From positions 164,626 through 188,625 of the forward strand of contig NZ_JRMP02000005.1 in assembly GCF_000762875.2 (NCBI RefSeq): a DNA stretch of 24,000 nucleotides. The letters are read 5' to 3'. Of this stretch, positions 23,140 to 24,000 are shown one piece after another (within the stretch, counting starts at the first letter, position 1; every line of letters starts with the position of its first letter). Source of the stretch: Helicobacter saguini (GTDB taxonomy: Bacteria > Campylobacterota > Campylobacteria > Campylobacterales > Helicobacteraceae). A model generated the notes under the pieces. That model worked only from the letters and a program-made list of their open reading frames with translations. It was not told the origin of the DNA and did no database searches. The position numbers and the translations under genes are program-made.

Positions 23140-24000
23140 TTAAATAAAGTTAAATATTTTTGTGCTTGGACTTGTGATATTTATCACATTTAAGTCGCTA
23201 AAGTGTTTAGAATCTTGTTTAGATTCTATGTTTTTTTGGATTGCTTCTTTTGTTTGCAATGACGTGTTGTCTTGGATTGCCACGCCTTTAGCTTCGCTAG
23301 AGTCTCGCAATGACAAATTAGATTCTAAAAGCCTTAAAACACTCTCATTTATAGAATCTTTTGAGTTGCCCTGTCCTGCTTTTATATGTGCTTTTACATC
23401 TAGGATTTCTAGAATCTTACGCTGTTTTCCCACACGCTCGATTTGCACGATATAATCAATGGCACTACGAATATAATCACGCAGGGCTTCTCTATCATTC
23501 ATTCCACCAAACATCGCATTAGTAATAATCGCATTGATAGCATCTTCGCTATTATTAGCGTGTAGCGTGGATAGATTCCCACTATGCCCTGTGTTATTCA
23601 CACGCAAAAATGTCAAAGTATTGCGAATGTCAATCTCGCCTAAGAATAATCTATCAGGTCGCAAACGCATTGCATTATTTATCGCAGTAGTGTAGGTATA
23701 TACGCTATTTTCATCCTTTGGCACGGCGATTTGTGTTTTATTTGGATTTGCGACAAATAGTTCTTGTGAATCTTCAATCGTAACAACCCTATCATTTATA
23801 GGGATTTCTTGCATTAGCGAGTTTAGAAAGCTAGTCTTACCACTACCTGTGCCACCACTAACTAGGACATTTTTCTTATCTTTGATAAAGTCTTTAATGC
23901 GTTGGTGTGTCCAGCCTTGCTTAATTAGATTCTCACTCAAAACAAAAGATTCTAAATTAAAGCGACTTTTACTTGGAATACGAATACAAATACACACATC
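23140..24000 (-). CDS. virB11: Type IV secretion ATPase VirB11/TrbB family; N-terminus lies beyond the window, C-terminus extended by about 80 aa of repeat-derived sequence
   Basis: Walker A VSGGTGSGKT, RPDRLFLGEI (Walker B/Asp box) and His box TGHSGNLSTLHA. The frame stays open to nt 24000. Confidence 0.9.
   Translation of the reverse strand, partial: DVCICIRIPSKSRFNLESFVLSENLIKQGWTHQRIKDFIKDKKNVLVSGGTGSGKTSFLNSLMQEIPINDRVVTIEDSQELFVANPNKTQIAVPKDENSVYTYTTAINNAMRLRPDRLFLGEIDIRNTLTFLRVNNTGHSGNLSTLHANNSEDAINAIITNAMFGGMNDREALRDYIRSAIDYIVQIERVGKQRKILEILDVKAHIKAGQGNSKDSINESVLRLLESNLSLRDSSEAKGVAIQDNTSLQTKEAIQKNIESKQDSKHFSDLNVINITSPSTKIFNFI
23237..23314. repeat. Two tandem units of the GC-rich hairpin repeat family embedded in the virB11 3' coding extension
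   Basis: GGATTGCTTC...TTTGCAATGACG at 23237-23264 and TTGGATTGCCACGCC...GTCTCGCAATGAC at 23273-23314, near-identical in design to units at 2246-2434. Translated as SLRDSSEAKGVAIQ / TSLQTKEAIQ. Confidence 0.75.

Noticed and set aside
1-24000. CRISPR array or IS/MITE interpretation of the recurrent TAGAWTCTA word
   Set aside because: The repeat is only 7-9 bp, its spacing is irregular, and it lies mostly inside ORFs. No cas gene, transposase or terminal inverted repeat structure is present.

Overview
AT-rich window that looks like Campylobacterota (Helicobacter-like) chromosome; the taxon is inferred from composition and gene content only. No rRNA, tRNA, CRISPR array or transposase was recognised.

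Gene content, left to right:
- A type I R-M pair, hsdM (5' end cut by the window) and hsdS. A small GIY-YIG nuclease gene and an array of GC-rich hairpin repeats split the pair.
- A Maa/LacA-type acetyltransferase.
- A tightly packed minus-strand string: DUF1311-like secreted protein, MBL-fold hydrolase, two D12/Dam-class m6A methyltransferases, and an AlwI-family (type IIS-like) endonuclease.
- A small barnase/EndoU-like (PBECR-like) protein, a Tat-exported CMD-family protein, and a 611-aa apparently chimeric ORF.
- Housekeeping-type genes: a Cache/HAMP chemoreceptor, an orphan prepilin-type gene, a lipoprotein, a small OMP and tpiA.
- A partial type IV secretion module running off the right edge: VirB6/TrbL-like, a 43-aa membrane peptide, VirB5/TrbJ-like and VirB11.

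The most unusual signal is not a gene.
- The palindromic word (T)AGAWTCT(A) occurs about 157 times by my manual count, roughly one per 150 bp, against about 5 expected from composition.
- It lies in intergenic DNA and in frame inside most genes, where it builds D/E-S-K-rich linkers, N-terminal extensions and C-terminal tails.
- I found no GATC tetranucleotide anywhere in the 24 kb.

Other sequence-level observations:
- A GC-rich repeat family (GTCATTGCGAG...GCAATC) occurs at three loci.
- A 40-bp promoter cassette is duplicated upstream of two unrelated genes.
- 9-bp direct repeats bracket the GIY-YIG cassette.
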